Below, one piece after another: positions 13,186-27,377 of a DNA stretch of 64,000 nt (positions are counted from its first letter, which is position 1; each line of letters begins with the position of its first letter). The stretch covers positions 31,372,001-31,436,000 of the forward strand of contig OX597832.1 in NCBI GenBank assembly GCA_951406725.2, read 5' to 3'. The translations under genes and the position numbers were made by a program. The notes beneath the pieces were generated by a model that was given only the letters and a program-made list of their open reading frames with translations, had not been told where the DNA came from and did no database searches. The DNA comes from Octopus vulgaris (taxonomy: Eukaryota).

Positions 13186-14256
13186 TGCAACGAGGTTAGA
13201 GTAGGGAAAGTTACTGTTATTTGTTAGAAGGGGCCACGTTTTGCTTTGAGGAGGAAATCAATTAAAAGACCACGTATTCGAAAAGGAAATTACAAGACAG
13301 AGTTACATAAATTAAAAATAGAATTAACTCAGGATTATCCAGACCAACTGTTGAGCCAATACAGGGAACTGTTAATCTGGGGACGGAATAGATTCATATC
13401 CAGGCATTACCATAATTACTTTTGTACTTTCTCTGGAACTTATTCGCTTTGTTTGATAATTCTTCATATATTCGCTCTTATTATTATGACCGGGTTCTAA
13501 CTCGGGCCGCAGCAACAAAGTTCATCGGTCCATCATTACTGCCTCGATGTGCTGGATACATTTCACGCCAGTGTCTGCAATTAAGTCCTCGATGTGTGAC
13601 GACTTTTTCCTTTTCTTACATCACCGTGAAACCAACTGCATACAAACCCCTCTGTGTTTTTTCAGGTGCGAATGTGGGATCTCTGGTTGCATTTCCATAT
13701 TGCTTACCGCACCAGGATGGCTTAGGATCTATATTCATTGTTCGTAAATTTACCCCCATTTCATAATTTATACGTAAGACAGGGCTGATACAAAACTGGT
13801 CCAAATTTAGCTCGGGTTTGTTTAGATTGGCTGCTGTATTAACCGACGAACGGTGCAGGGTTAGGGGAATTCGTTAATAGACCGATATTGTGTTAGGCTT
13901 TCTGCAATGTTCATAATTTCGAAATTTACCGTTCCTAAACTTACTCCTGGGACAGGGCATGTCCTCTACCATGTCACCAGCTGGAAATACTTGATGGAAA
14001 GATCCTAAAATAAATATCTAGATAGAAATACTATAAAAATAAAGTTGTGTTGACCAGCTGTTTATCGGGTGATGGAGGTATTGTCTGCAAATCGGGTGGT
14101 GGAAAGAAAGGTATTGTTTGAAGGTGGCGGCGGTGGCGATGGCGATGGTGGTGGTAGTGGTGGTGGTGGTGGAGTGTGTGTTTTTGAAGGAAAGGAAACG
14201 AAACCCAGCTCCGTCCGACATCACCGTTGTAAAAATCGATCAAATAATATCGATAA

Positions 14257-14620
14257 GCGTGGCTGTGTGGTAAGAAGTTTGCTTACGAACCACATGGTTC
14301 CGAGTTCAGTCCCACTGCGTGACACCTTGGGCAAGTGTCTTCTACTATAGCCTCGGGCCGACCAAAGCCTTGTGAGTGGATTTGGTAGACGGAAACTGAA
14401 AGAAGCCCGTTGTATATGTTTGTCCCCACCACCGCTTGACAACTGGTGTTGGCATGTCTACGTCCCCAATACACTAGCAGTTCGGCAAAAGAACCGATAG
14501 AATAAGTAAGTACCGGGTTTAACAAAAAATAAGTACTGATATCGATTTGTTTGACTAAAAATTGTTGTAGGTAGTGCCCCAGCATGGCCTCAGTCTAATG
14601 AGGGAAACAAATAAAAGAAC
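14257..14620 (+). mobile_element. tRNA-derived SINE, family A
   Basis: gtggctgtgtggtaagaagtttgc...gagttcagtcccactgcgtgacaccttgggcaagtgtcttctactatagcc...cagcatggcc...aaataaaagaa. Confidence 0.9.
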
Positions 14621-14639
14621 CAAAAGAAGTTCCTGATTT

Positions 14640-14840
14640 CGAGATAAAGCCAACAATTTTGAGGGAGTTTAAGGGACGCCATTGATCACCCTAGTACTTG
14701 ACTGGTCCTTAATTGTATTGAGTTTGGAAGGATGAAAAGTGAATTCGACCTAGGCAGGATTGAACTCGGTACGTAGAGTCGGAACTTATACTGCAAAGTA
14801 ATTTGTCCGACACTTTAACGATTCTGCCAGTCCACTACCC
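14640..14840 (-). mobile_element. Meta/MESC-domain SINE, degenerate
   Basis: Reverse complement has ggcagaatcgttaaagtgtcgga...gagttcaatcctgcctaggtcgaattcacttttcatccttcc. Confidence 0.65.
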
Positions 14841-14859
14841 TAATTATCAATAATGGTAA

Positions 14860-16117
14860 TCAATTGTTTTCCATTTCCGATCAGTTTTGGGGACCCACGA
14901 GGTAAATGGTTCGTATGAAAATTGCGAAGGTCCGACTTTGACAACTCAACAGGTATTTTGTTGTTTTGACGTTTTTCTTGATTTGAAGGTTTTTTATTTA
15001 CTGAATTAAAAAAAAAAAACCCGGAATTCATTTTAGATTTTAAGATTCCTCCACCCCACCCCGATCACCAGTGGATTATATGCCTGGACTTTAAGAGGGT
15101 CATTTTTCTCCTGGGGCAAAAATGTGGATACACCTGATATCCATGCTTTTTATATACGTGGTGCAGCAGAACCAGGAAAAAAATACTGGGTGATCAAAGA
15201 ATGGCCGCAGCGAACATTAGTTCCAAGGTCTTTTAATGTGGTTGAAGAGCCTTTAGTCCAATTTGGAAGAAATCATCAAACTTGGTACCATGAAGTAGTT
15301 TGTTAAAACTTTGGATAAAAAATGGACCATGCTTTCACTAGATGAGCAAAACATTTCCAGGTCTGAGCAGTGTAAAGATAAAAGATGGACTATTTGATGG
15401 CCCTCAAATCAGAAAATTGATGAAAGGTGGGAACTTTCTTTATTGAATGAATTGTCTTGAAGCAGTAGCATGGAATTCATTTGTAATTGTTGTTAATGAC
15501 TTTCTGGATAGGTTGAGAACAGTCAACTATGCCGAAAGAGTGGACAACATGGTGGAAAATTTTCAAAATTTCGGAGCAAATATAAGGATAAAGTCGCAGT
15601 ATTTCAAAAACCATCTTGATAAATTCCCTGAAAGTCTTGGTGACACAAGTGATGAGCAGGGAGAATGTTTCCATCAGGACATAAAACCACTAGGACAAAG
15701 ATATCAAGGCAGATGGGAATCGCATCTGATGGCGGGCTATTGTTGGATCTTGGATCGCGATCTTTCAAGAAAATCAGCCAATCGCAAATTCATAGGAAAT
15801 TAAGGCATAAACAATGGTGTAATTTGTCCGTAGAAATTTTAATAATTTTATTTGTTTTTCGGTAGAATTTTAAGAAAACATTCTGGTTTCGAAGAAAAAC
15901 CTGTTTCTATGTATGATTGTATGTTATGCCTTGTTCCTCATAAGCTGTTTTATTAAAAACAACAACAACAACAACAACAAAACAAACAAAATAACAATAA
16001 CATTCTATGGATCCTGAATCTAAGAATCTCGACGTGATGGTAATAAATGGATGTCTTTTCCGATTCTGTGTGTCAAAAAACTTTAGTTCAGAGAAAAAAG
16101 AAAATTGTTGGCCTGTG
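14860..16117 (+). mobile_element. Chapaev3-like (CMC group) DNA transposon remnant
   Basis: Transposase motifs inside; the right end ...aaattgttggcctgtg followed by taa fits a CAC-starting TIR and a TWA target. Left boundary uncertain. Confidence 0.6.
15124..15790 (+). pseudogene. Chapaev3-like transposase pseudogene (stops, frameshifts, deletions)
   Basis: Peptides KIKDGLFDGPQIRKLM, NHLDKFPESLGDTSDEQGECFHQDIK and RYQGRWESHLMAGYCW match the recalled family motifs SDEQGERFHQDI and MMADYCW. Confidence 0.75.
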
Positions 16118-16485
16118 TAATCAATGAGACTTGCCGTTCGGGGGCCAGTGAAGGTATCCTGAAGGATTCAATCGCAATTCTTGTATAGGCATAGATACCC
16201 CGAATTAATAACAGGTGGAATTGAGATGATGTATTACTGGTACTTAATTTATGAACGACCAAGGGACCGAAGAAAGACGTTCCCAACTGGATTTGAAATC
16301 AGAACACATTCACACACACACACACACACACATGCACGAACACTCACTCATTCACACACTCACATATACACACACATTCGCGCACACATGCATATTGACA
16401 TCCACGCAAATCCACGCTCTCACACACTAACACACACACTCACATACACACACGCCTACACACACAATAAACACATGTTCCACAT

Positions 16486-16533
<48 letters not shown>

Positions 16534-16918
16534 ATACACACACTAGCACACGCACAAGTAACTAACGTCACGGAAAATATTTTTTTTACAGGATTTCTAA
16601 AATAATTCTTACAGCCATGTTTGTGTATGTTTGTTTATTTGTTTGCTTTTAGCGTTTGGGCTGGTGTTGGTGGTGGAGGGAACACTGTGTACTCGACGAG
16701 TGTGACATTGTGTGTGTTTCGCAAGGCTTGCTGTGCAGCGGGAGCGGAAATAACATGCGTTGGCGAAATTCATGCAGCGACAGGAAAAAGCAAAGACGAG
16801 AACACATTGTCGTCGTAAGAATATACAGAAATATTTATATATGTACATATATATACATATATAGACATATATACATATATACACACAATCACACAATCAC
16901 ACAAGCACATGCTTATGT

Positions 16919-16963
<45 letters not shown>

Positions 16964-17443
16964 CAGTCTGCGCACAGCAAGCGCCGAGTAATTATGAACC
17001 TGTGCGAGCAGCCTTTAATGTGGCTCTGATATCGTTTATTGGGTTGTCAGTGTTTGTTCATGGAGTGGATATTTTGTTTGCCGAGGAGCAAACTAAGTGG
17101 GTCGGTCTCTTCGGCATTGTTACACAGAAACACACTGACATCACTTTCTACACCCTCCCCGTATACATACGCACGTAGACATACATACATTCATAGTATA
17201 CATATATATTTATATATATATATATATATGCATGTGTGCATGTATATATTATATATATAAATATATACATACATACATAAACACATCCCCCCACGCAACA
17301 TACATATTTATGTATGTATACACGAATTGCATGCCCTCTTGATATAAATAATGAAGGGAAGGTTCTTCAGGGGGAATGTTCGTAAAAATTTCTAAAATAG
17401 ATTCCTGTTATATAAACATCGCATATAACTATGCCAAAACAAT

Positions 17444-17484
<41 letters not shown>

Positions 17485-17495
17485 TACACACATAG

Positions 17496-17527
<32 letters not shown>

Positions 17528-18104
17528 ACACATACGCACACACACAAACACACTCAATTGCGCACATACATATACACACTTTCACACGTTAATAGTTTGA
17601 CCCGGATTTCCTCCTTCCAACAAACGCAGAGCCGGAACAAATAATGCAAAGATTTTTGCCCGACGCTCTCACGATTCTTCCAATTCTCATTGCAAGAAAA
17701 AACAAAACCCCCAAAAAACGAAAAGAACGGTAAAGACTTCTTTAATTTAAAAATAAATTTCTCACCAGAATCTCCAAATAACTCCCTGGAATTTTGTCGC
17801 TAATTCTTTCAAACGTGTTTGTTCCCCTCTTATTCAAGTAAATTGATTAAAATAGGTGGCAGGGTGTATCTTGTGATCGTCTCTCCATTATCAGCTCCTT
17901 TCGAAACGCGACAACATCTCTTCGCCAGAACTCCAGGATTGAACGAGCGACTGCAGAACAACTTTGCCGCTTTATATCTTAACTCGGACAATCCCAGATG
18001 GCAGCACTTCCGTCCGGGGACAGTATATGTTTCTTGCTAGCAATGACTTTCGGTAGCACTGCCAGTGCAAGGTTTTCAGAAAACTTCCTTTAGTCTTTGA
18101 CTGA

Positions 18105-18310
18105 AGTGAAGGCCTTGGGTTGTGCACTCATGATCGCAAGATTTTGGTTTCTGTGTCTTGTATTCTTGAGCAAGACCATTTCCTGTTTCTTCAGTCCTCA
18201 CAGCTTTAAAAATGAGTAACTCTGTGACGGGTTGGCGTTCCGTTCAGTGGAGGCCGAGAAGGTTGCGATCTTGGTCACTTATGCACCACTGATACCGGCT
18301 AACTGGCTTC
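18105..18310 (+). mobile_element. degenerate CORE-type SINE
   Basis: tgcactcatgatcgcaagattttggtttc...ttcttgagcaagacc...ctttaaaaatgagtaac, similar to the copies at 10915 and 32845. Confidence 0.5.
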
Positions 18311-18913
18311 ATGAGTTCGAGAACTCGAAATGGTAATGCAAAGGATTACCTTTGGCTGAAAATTCTCCGAAATACTCAGAGTATTTGATTGCCATGAAGT
18401 CGAAATTCACCACACTAATATCGCCATTGTTACTCTGAATCCTTGGTGTTAGTGATAGAATCTCGCTGCGGCACTTGGCAACTAAAAGAGAACTGCGAGT
18501 GGCTGACAAAGAACCAATGCACTTGTGCACCACTTAAGAAATTTCTGTGACTGGTGCAGTCTTTGACCGTCAGCATAAGATCAACCAAGGCATATAGAGG
18601 GTTCGGATAAATGTTCCGACCAAAGGAACGTCTCACACAGACAACAAACAGACGAGATAAACTGATAGCGTATGTGTGTGTGTGTGTGTGTGTGTGTGTA
18701 CTCACAACGCTATCATTGTTAAGGCATATGGAGAGACTCAAGTTATCCTGGTAGCTGTATATGTACACACACACACACACACACGTATGTATATATTTAC
18801 TATATACACATTTATACGTATGTGTGTGTGTATTGCATATACCACGTCCTCTCGTATTTTGTTTTTTTCTTCGTAATTTTGGGATTATATATATATATAT
18901 ATATAGTCACAGA

Positions 18914-18981
<68 letters not shown>

Positions 18982-19339
18982 GTATACACCTCTAGATCTG
19001 AGCTGGAGATTAACTCCAGTTTCCAATCTCCCATGGATAAATAGAAGAGATTGGAAACCCGTTATCCGGCTGATAAACTACTGCCACCACCACACAACCA
19101 CCACCACCTCCACCACCACCAACACCACCACCACCACCCTCCTACCCACCTATCGTTCAATAACGGTGTTTTTTTCACTGTTTAATAACACCTCACAACA
19201 CCTAACATCCATACATACACCCACCCCCATATCTACCGCTAATCATAGCATTTAAGCCGCCGTGTTGTTATTTTTAATGTTGAAGACGAGGAATAAACAA
19301 GCCCACGTTTCTACACTGTCTGTCACTCCCCCCCCCACC

Positions 19340-19415
<76 letters not shown>

Positions 19416-19435
19416 TGCAATTATAAGGTGATAAC

Positions 19436-19617
19436 GTGGCACTCCGTCGGTTGCGACGACGAGGGTTTCAGTTGATCCAATCAACGGAACAGCCTGCTCG
19501 TGAAATTTACGTACAAGTGGCTGAGCACTCCACAGACACGTGTACCCTTAACGTAGTTCTCTGTGAGATTCAGCGTGACACAGAGTGTGACAAGGCTGGC
19601 CCTTTGCAATATAGGTA
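19436..19617 (-). mobile_element. 3' part of a CORE-type SINE (same family as 53560-53857)
   Basis: About 180 bp homologous in reverse orientation to 53675-53857. Confidence 0.85.
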
Positions 19618-20422
19618 GAACATAAACAGCACCAAATTATTATTGGTAGAAATGCGAATTCAATATGCAAATCTGTTTGTCGGTATGTGACACGTGTTTT
19701 GTTAAAGGTGCCATTGTAAGATGGTTTCAGCCACTCTGAGATACCTGTATGTATGTATGTATGTATGTATGTATGTATGTATGTATGTATGTGTATGTAT
19801 GCTTATATGTATGTCTGTGTGTGTGAGTACGTATGCGTGTGTGTGTGTGTTAGTCTGTTTGCATGTATGTATTGTTCTCTCCTGGTTTTTAGGTAGGTAC
19901 TTATTCATGTATAAATGACCTATTAAACACTATAAACTGCAAATCACCCGTATCACCACCACCACCACCAGCACCACTACCACCACTACCACCACCACCA
20001 CCACCACCACCACCACCACCACCAGAAAGATGATGGCGGAGGTGAACATGGCCAAAAATAAATGTTGAGTCTCAGAGATTAAATGGTGAAGAATACCATT
20101 AGCAGCAGAGATTTTCCATACACTTCTTTTAGTCTTACCACACAGACATTTTTCTTACTCGAAGCACCAAACTTTTGTCTCTGCAAGACTAGAACAACGC
20201 ACAACTTTGCGAACCAAAGTAAATATTATTCTTAGAAACTTTTATCCGAAATTCCTGGACAATATTGAAAATAATTCTTTATTATATTTTTAATTGTGAG
20301 ATTCTTATTTGTTTTTCAGGAACTATTTACTCGACACGAATTAATATCTGCCATTATCGATGGGGAATACTTTTGGCGATACTTAGCGCAGACACTGGCT
20401 TCTTAACGGCTTTGAATATATT

Positions 20423-20508
<86 letters not shown>

Positions 20509-20842
20509 CATCCATCCATCCATCCATCCATCCATCCATTATAATAGTAGAAATAATTGTCTCGCTCTTATTTCTATTGTTATATTGACCAGAGTTCGAT
20601 TTGATGAAATAGGTTCACGTCTGGAGCAACGGCGCAGTGAAATATAATAATTGCTAAAGCATATGGAAGCTACTGAATGTAATCATATTATATATATATA
20701 TTAAAGTAAATACATTCATATATCAAACAGATTTTCTTCGGACACTAACCCGAGCTTATAGTATTTGTTGTCTTGAAATAGCCCGTGTTGTCCTTTCATC
20801 AGCGGAGAGTAAAAACATTTTAAGGCAAATACAGGAGAATAT

Positions 20843-20880
20843 CCCGGATATGTTTCGATGTAACTGCAACTCTTCAGCGC
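20843..20880 (-). ncRNA. degenerate hammerhead-like motif
   Basis: Minus strand reads gcg-CTGAAGA-gttg-cagtta-catc-GAAA-CATA-TC-cggg; the core is intact but the stems have mismatches. Confidence 0.45.
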
Positions 20881-21336
20881 AGTTGTTGCAGTAGTGATGG
20901 AATATTATAAAGAAAACGTGTTATGTTTTAGAGTTGGTAGTGTAGGAAAATAGAATCAGGTTAGTAGTGAAATGCTCAAAATTGGCATAATTTTGGAAAA
21001 CAGAGAATTAGATTTTATATCGTAATGAAGTCTAAGGTGTGTAATATCGTTTCAGACGGAATTGTTTTATGTGTATATGTGTGTACTGCGTGTGTGTATG
21101 TGTGTGTATGTGTGGACGCGTGTGTGTATATTTGTTATTTGTGTGTGCGTGTTTGTATGTGTGTGTGAGAGAGAGGAAGAAAAGGGGAGGTAGAAAGCGA
21201 GGAGAGAGAAGAAAACGGGTGTGAGAGAAAGAGAGAGAGAGAGTGTGTGGGAGAGGGGAGGAAAGGGGGAGAGACAGAGATAGATATGAAGATGGATGTA
21301 GGACATATAGAAATGTAGATAGGAGACTGAGAGAGT

Positions 21337-21374
<38 letters not shown>

Positions 21375-21602
21375 TGGAAGACGAGGAGAGGGGAGATATG
21401 GAGGAAACGAGAGTGAAAGAGAGAGATGGCGGGAAAGAGAGATTGAGGGAGAGAGAAAAAGAGGGCAAGTGACAGATATAAATAGGAAGATATACAGATA
21501 GGAAGGAAGAAAAGAGGAAAAGAGTGAGTGACAGAGAGAAAGAGCAGAGCAAAGGAGAGAGAGAGAGAGAGAGAGCAAGAGATAGATAGATAGATAGATA
21601 GC

Positions 21603-21660
<58 letters not shown>

Positions 21661-21929
21661 AGTGAAAGCAATGTGAAGAAGGGAGGGTGGTGAAAATGTA
21701 AAAAAGAGAGCAAATAAGCGGCTGAGGTCATTAATCAGAATGTCGTTCCTCCACGACATCGGTTTCTCTAAATAACAGAAGCGAAAGAACAGAACAAATC
21801 TCAGAGGAGGATCAAAAGACGGATTCGGCAGAAATAAGAATATTATTTATCACTGCTATGGCATCAAATACTTTTTCTTCCGGCTATCAACATTAAACAC
21901 ACACACACATATTTGCGGCTTGGGTTCAC

Positions 21930-22077
21930 AAGTCTACCAATGGTTTCATGTAAGAAGAATCTCTTAACAATTATCAAGCCTGCCACAAAATGGAGACGAG
22001 TAACAACATTCCCACGTGGTTGGTTGGCTGGATAACTGTGAAAAGGTTTCTCTTTACATGAAGCCATTGGTAGACTT
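21930..22077. mobile_element. hairpin/MITE-like element with about 50-bp inverted arms
   Basis: Arms aagtctaccaatggtttcatgtaag... and ...tttacatgaagccattggtagactt. Confidence 0.7.
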
Positions 22078-22213
22078 ATTTACGTTATTTACATTTGACG
22101 GATATTTGTCCTCATCTTGATTGTTGTTAACACAACGCTCCAGCCTTCATCAGGTGACTTTCGAACCTGGGTTCTCATTCCTAAGGTATTTTTCGATGTT
22201 GTTGTTGTTATTA

Positions 22214-22297
<84 letters not shown>
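22077..22297 (-). mobile_element. second copy of the hammerhead-bearing retroposon (head missing, stem II partly deleted)
   Basis: Reverse complement reads cctgaataat(AAT)n...ccttaggaatgagaacccaggttcgaaagtcacctgatgaaggctggag|cgttgtgttaacaac...gatgaggacaaatatccgtcaaatgtaaataa. Confidence 0.85.
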
Positions 22298-22340
22298 AAA
22301 ATAGATTTATAAGCCCTAAAATTCATTCTATAATTGCCCA

Positions 22341-22396
22341 CTATGGCGTAGTGCTTCAGAGCGCGGGATACTAACCCTAAGATTCCGAGTTCAATT

Positions 22397-22465
<69 letters not shown>

Positions 22466-22600
22466 CAAGAACAACAACATCGAAAACTACCTTAGGAATT
22501 AGAAACCAAGATGAAGGCTGGAGGGTATATCAGCTGAAACCAGATGAGGACAAATATCCGTCAAATGTAAATAATGTAAATAATATACATAATTCCTCAG
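22341..22600 (+). mobile_element. third copy of the hammerhead-bearing retroposon, with tRNA-like head
   Basis: A box tggcgtagtgc, B box gagttcaattcc, (AAT)n, gatgaaggctggagggtatatcagctgaaac and tail tgtaaataatgtaaataat. Confidence 0.85.
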
Positions 22601-22639
22601 ACTTGTTAATCTGCAAATACTGTTTATCCACCGATAAAG

Positions 22640-22790
22640 AATGTGCTCCATCTCCAGCCTTACTCTCCTTCGACGCAGCAAGGCTGGAAGAGGCCCCGTG
22701 GTCGGCCCCACATCAGATGGTTGAATGTAATTGAGGAAGATCTGCAGAGATTCGATGTTATCTTGGTGAACGTAGTCGGCTCTACGTACG
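22640..22790 (+). mobile_element. RTE-clade LINE ORF C-terminal fragment
   Basis: Translates as GWKRPRGRPHIRWLNVIEEDLQRF, matching the RTE RxxGRPxxRW motif. Confidence 0.6.
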
Positions 22791-23027
22791 ACGACAAATA
22801 AGTTTACACACGTGTGTGTGCTCATACTCTATCTCGATAGAGTTGGGGGGTCATCCTAGTTACCTACATAGATAGGTATCTATCTGTATCTATCTGTCCC
22901 CCTATATGTGTATGCGTGTACGTGTATATCAATATGTATGTCGAATACTTTTATAACACATCCTTTTGATATATATGCATATATATATATATATATGCAC
23001 ATGTATGTGTATATACATATATGTATG

Positions 23028-23130
<103 letters not shown>

Positions 23131-23334
23131 ATTTATGCATATATACATATATATTTATAGATTTATACAAGAAATACATTTGCATGTATCTATATGTATA
23201 TATATATATATATGTATATATATATTGGTGTACATGTATATATGCATATATATATACACATACACATATGTATGCGTGTCTTTATATGTATGCATATATA
23301 TATATATAATGTGTATATATGTATGCTTATGCAT

Positions 23335-23405
<71 letters not shown>

Positions 23406-23480
23406 GTATATATGCATATAGACACACACACTCATATATATATGCATATATATAATGTATATATATATAATGTATATATA

Positions 23481-23580
<100 letters not shown>

Positions 23581-25629
23581 AGTGAGTAATTTCTCAGCTA
23601 GAAGGAAGGCGCCAGACATTATACAAAGAATTGGTAGAAAACGCGGAAGGTTCTCGGAAAATAGTATTATGAATTTTAGTGATTTTTTTGCTCGTGTTTT
23701 TGGTGTAGCTTTACTTTTGTCATTTCTGAATTCCAGAGATGGCAAGTGAGATAACATGAATGAGAGAGGGAGAGAGGGAGAGAGAGAGAGAAAGTGGGGG
23801 GGGGGGGGGCGTGGAATGGTTTGGGTGCAGGTTGAGAATGACGAAAGGACTGATGGAGACGAGAGAATGGTAACAGGAAGATCTAGAAGAGAAGTAAAAA
23901 TAAAAAAGGAAAAAAAACGCAACAACCAATGTACAGACTTTCCTCCTCCTCCTCCTCCTCCTCCCTGCCATCGAAACAAACAATAAAACGACAAAGGATA
24001 CAACATCAACAACAAAATTCCAACAACGGCAACGACAATATCAACAGCAACAGCGTCAATATTAATAAATCTAACAACTATAACAAGCACCTTATGTAAA
24101 CACGATGAATTATGAGAAGAGAGAACGGTTCAAGAAAATAACAAATATTTTTGAGAATTAAATTAAATGTGTATACATTTGTGCGTGTATGTGTGTGTGT
24201 GAGTCTGTATACGCACGTGTGTGCGTATGTGTGTTTGTGTATGTGCGTGTGTGCTTGTGTGTGTGTTTGTGTGTTCTTTTTTATAAAAGAATGTATGGTG
24301 TATATGTTGTGTATATGTGTGCATAACTTTATTGTATGCACGGATGTGCGTGTGGTTATGTATATATATTTTTGTATATATGCGCATGAATGCATATGTG
24401 TATGTTTGCGCTTCATATAAGCGTACTCGTGTATAGAATATGTATGTATATATGGGTATGTCTGGGTTTTATGTATATGTGTTTCTGTGGATGTATGTAA
24501 GCACGTACGTATGTATGTAGGCTTGTACATCCGTGTGTATGTTTATAAGTAAATATCTACGCACGTCTGTACGTATGTATGTGTGTATGCATGTAAGTAC
24601 ATATATATATATATATATAGTCATGTATGTATGTACGTTTGCGCATATGTTTTTTATTTGCTCATATTTATTCAGAGTTAATTTTGACCGGGCACCTGCT
24701 TAGTAGCAAGGTTGTAAAAGAAAGCATCTTGTTTTGTTCAACATCCTTTGAATCTTCAGAACGTGTTGCAGAACTTTATTGTTCCAGATATCAGGTTCAT
24801 TTGTAGCGTCTGAATTGCATTGTCTCCCCTTAGACACAATTTCAGCGATACTTTTCTCCCAGCGACTCAATGAGTTACGAAATTGTATGGCAGGATAAGC
24901 GTTTTGATCGGAGATCAGTTTCCAGTGATTAATATTTTGATGTTTGAATTAAGTTAACGGACTTTTCGTGTTTCAGGTCGGTAAGGGTTTAAATGATAAT
25001 ACGCTGGAAACGGAAACTGTCTTTTGGATATGGTATGTATGTATGTATGTATGTATGTATGTATGTATGTATGTATGTATGTATGTATGTATGTATGTAT
25101 GTATGTATGTATGCATGCATTTATGTATGTATGATTGTATATATGCATGCATGTATGTATATACGTAGGCATGTATGTATATATGCATGTATGTATGTAT
25201 GCATGCATGTATATGTATGTATGTATGTATGTATGTATGCATGCATGCATGCATGTATATATGCATATATATACGTAGGCATATATGCATGTATTTATGT
25301 AAGTCTACATGTATGTATGTATGCATGTATATACGTGTATGTGCCAACATGAATGTATGCATGTATGCATGTGTGTATGTATGTATGCATACATACATAT
25401 ATTTATGTATGCATGCATACATATATGCATATATAACTGTACGTATGCAAGCATGCTTGTGTATGTATGCATGCATACATATATGTATATATGTATGTAT
25501 GTATTTATCTAAGCGTGTATGAAAGTACAAATGTATGCATGTGTGTATTTATATGAATGCATATGGTATGTATGTACGTTCGAATGTATATATTTGTATG
25601 CAATTATGTATGCGCGTGTGTGTATGCAT

Positions 25630-25681
<52 letters not shown>

Positions 25682-26394
25682 TTATGTATATTTGAATGTA
25701 TATATGCATTTATATATATATGTTTATCTCTTACAGATTAGAAATTCAGAGAATATGGCGACCAGCCACAAACGTGATGGTCAGATTGTAACACAAAGTC
25801 TCTTGTATACTTCGTCCGTCTTTAACCCATTAACTGCCAAATTTTTTTATTCATATTTTTTGGCTTTCCCAGGAGTCTTAGGAATTAAACTAATATATAG
25901 TATTTTAATTTTCTGCATATGTGAATTATTTTGGAAATTATGATAAATTTTCCGAAAAGTCCCAATTGGGGGTCGCCGGAAAAAAAAGCATATTTATCCT
26001 TTTCCGTTCAATTGCAGTAATAAACATTTAGGTTGCTTTGAAACTACAGAATCAAATGCGAATGTGTATGAAATATCGATGGTTGATATTGATGGAGGGG
26101 AAAAGAAAAACGTTTTTAAAACAATCAATATTTTTCTGGTTCAAAAATTGCGATTTATGACATAAAATGTCCTCTGGAATTAACCGCTGTTGTTGCTGTT
26201 GCGGTTAAGCGATAACAATCACCGTTACAAATAACAGGAAAATCAACATCACCATTATCAGCAACACCACCGCTACCAATAGAAGTATCAACGCCACCAT
26301 CAACATCCCACCACCACCACCACCACCACCACAACCACCAAAACCACCATAATATTAACTACTAAATATTGTTAAACACACCTCTGCAAATGCA

Positions 26395-26655
26395 TTGGTA
26401 AGTAGCTTGCTAACCAATCACAAGGTTCCGGGTTCAGTTCCACTGCGTGGCACCTTGGGCAAGTGACTTCTACTATAGCCTCGGGCCGACTAAAGCCTTG
26501 CGAGTGGATTTGGTAGACGGAAACTGAAAGAAGACCGTCGTATATATGTGTATATGTATGTGTGTGTCTTTGTGTGTCTGTGTTTGTAACCCCACCAACG
26601 TCGCTTGACATGCAATGCTGGTGTGTTTATGTCCCCGTAACTTAGCGGTTCGGAG
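26395..26655 (+). mobile_element. family A SINE, 3'-truncated
   Basis: tggtaagtagcttgctaaccaatcacaaggttccgggttcagttccactgcgtggcaccttgggcaag...gtccccgtaacttagcggttcgg. Confidence 0.9.
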
Positions 26656-27134
26656 AAACCTGGCTGGTCTGCCCAAAACCAGGCTGGTCTGCTGGTCCCG
26701 TCGCTAGAAGGTGGTAGGGGTTCGCTCCCCTGCTCGCAATATCTCGGATGCGGGAGTGGATCGTTAACCAGCGAGAGGAGATGTCCTCTTGGGGTTAAAA
26801 AATCGTAGTAAAGTCTGTTAGAATGGACAACCATGTTGAAGTGGCTACGAACATTACTTGTTAGTGCAACTGTAACTACTGCGTTGGTCTGTTGAAGGCA
26901 TTTTAGAACTAGTATTGTTGCTTATATATACATATATGTTTCGGTTCTTCTTGAAAAAACGAACCTTATCAAAAATATTTTAAAAAGTTAAGTGTAATAA
27001 AAAAGTTCATAATTGTTTCTTACTGGTCTCAACAGAATCCACGTGGTGGTTTTTTGTGGGGAGTAAGCATAATAGCTGTCTTATGTGTTCGAATAAAATT
27101 AAGGAAACGACCAGTGGCTGAAATGGCAGTAGCA

Positions 27135-27197
<63 letters not shown>

Positions 27198-27298
27198 CGA
27201 CGGACTTCTTTCAGTTTCCATCTAACAAACCCACTCACAAGGTGTCACCATGTGGTTGGGAAGCAAGCTTCTTAACACACAGTCACTCCTACGCCTTA

Positions 27299-27373
<75 letters not shown>

Positions 27374-27377
27374 ATAT

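Noticed and set aside
25820-26185. piggyBac-like MITE starting ttaaccc
   Set aside because: No convincing matching right TIR could be identified.
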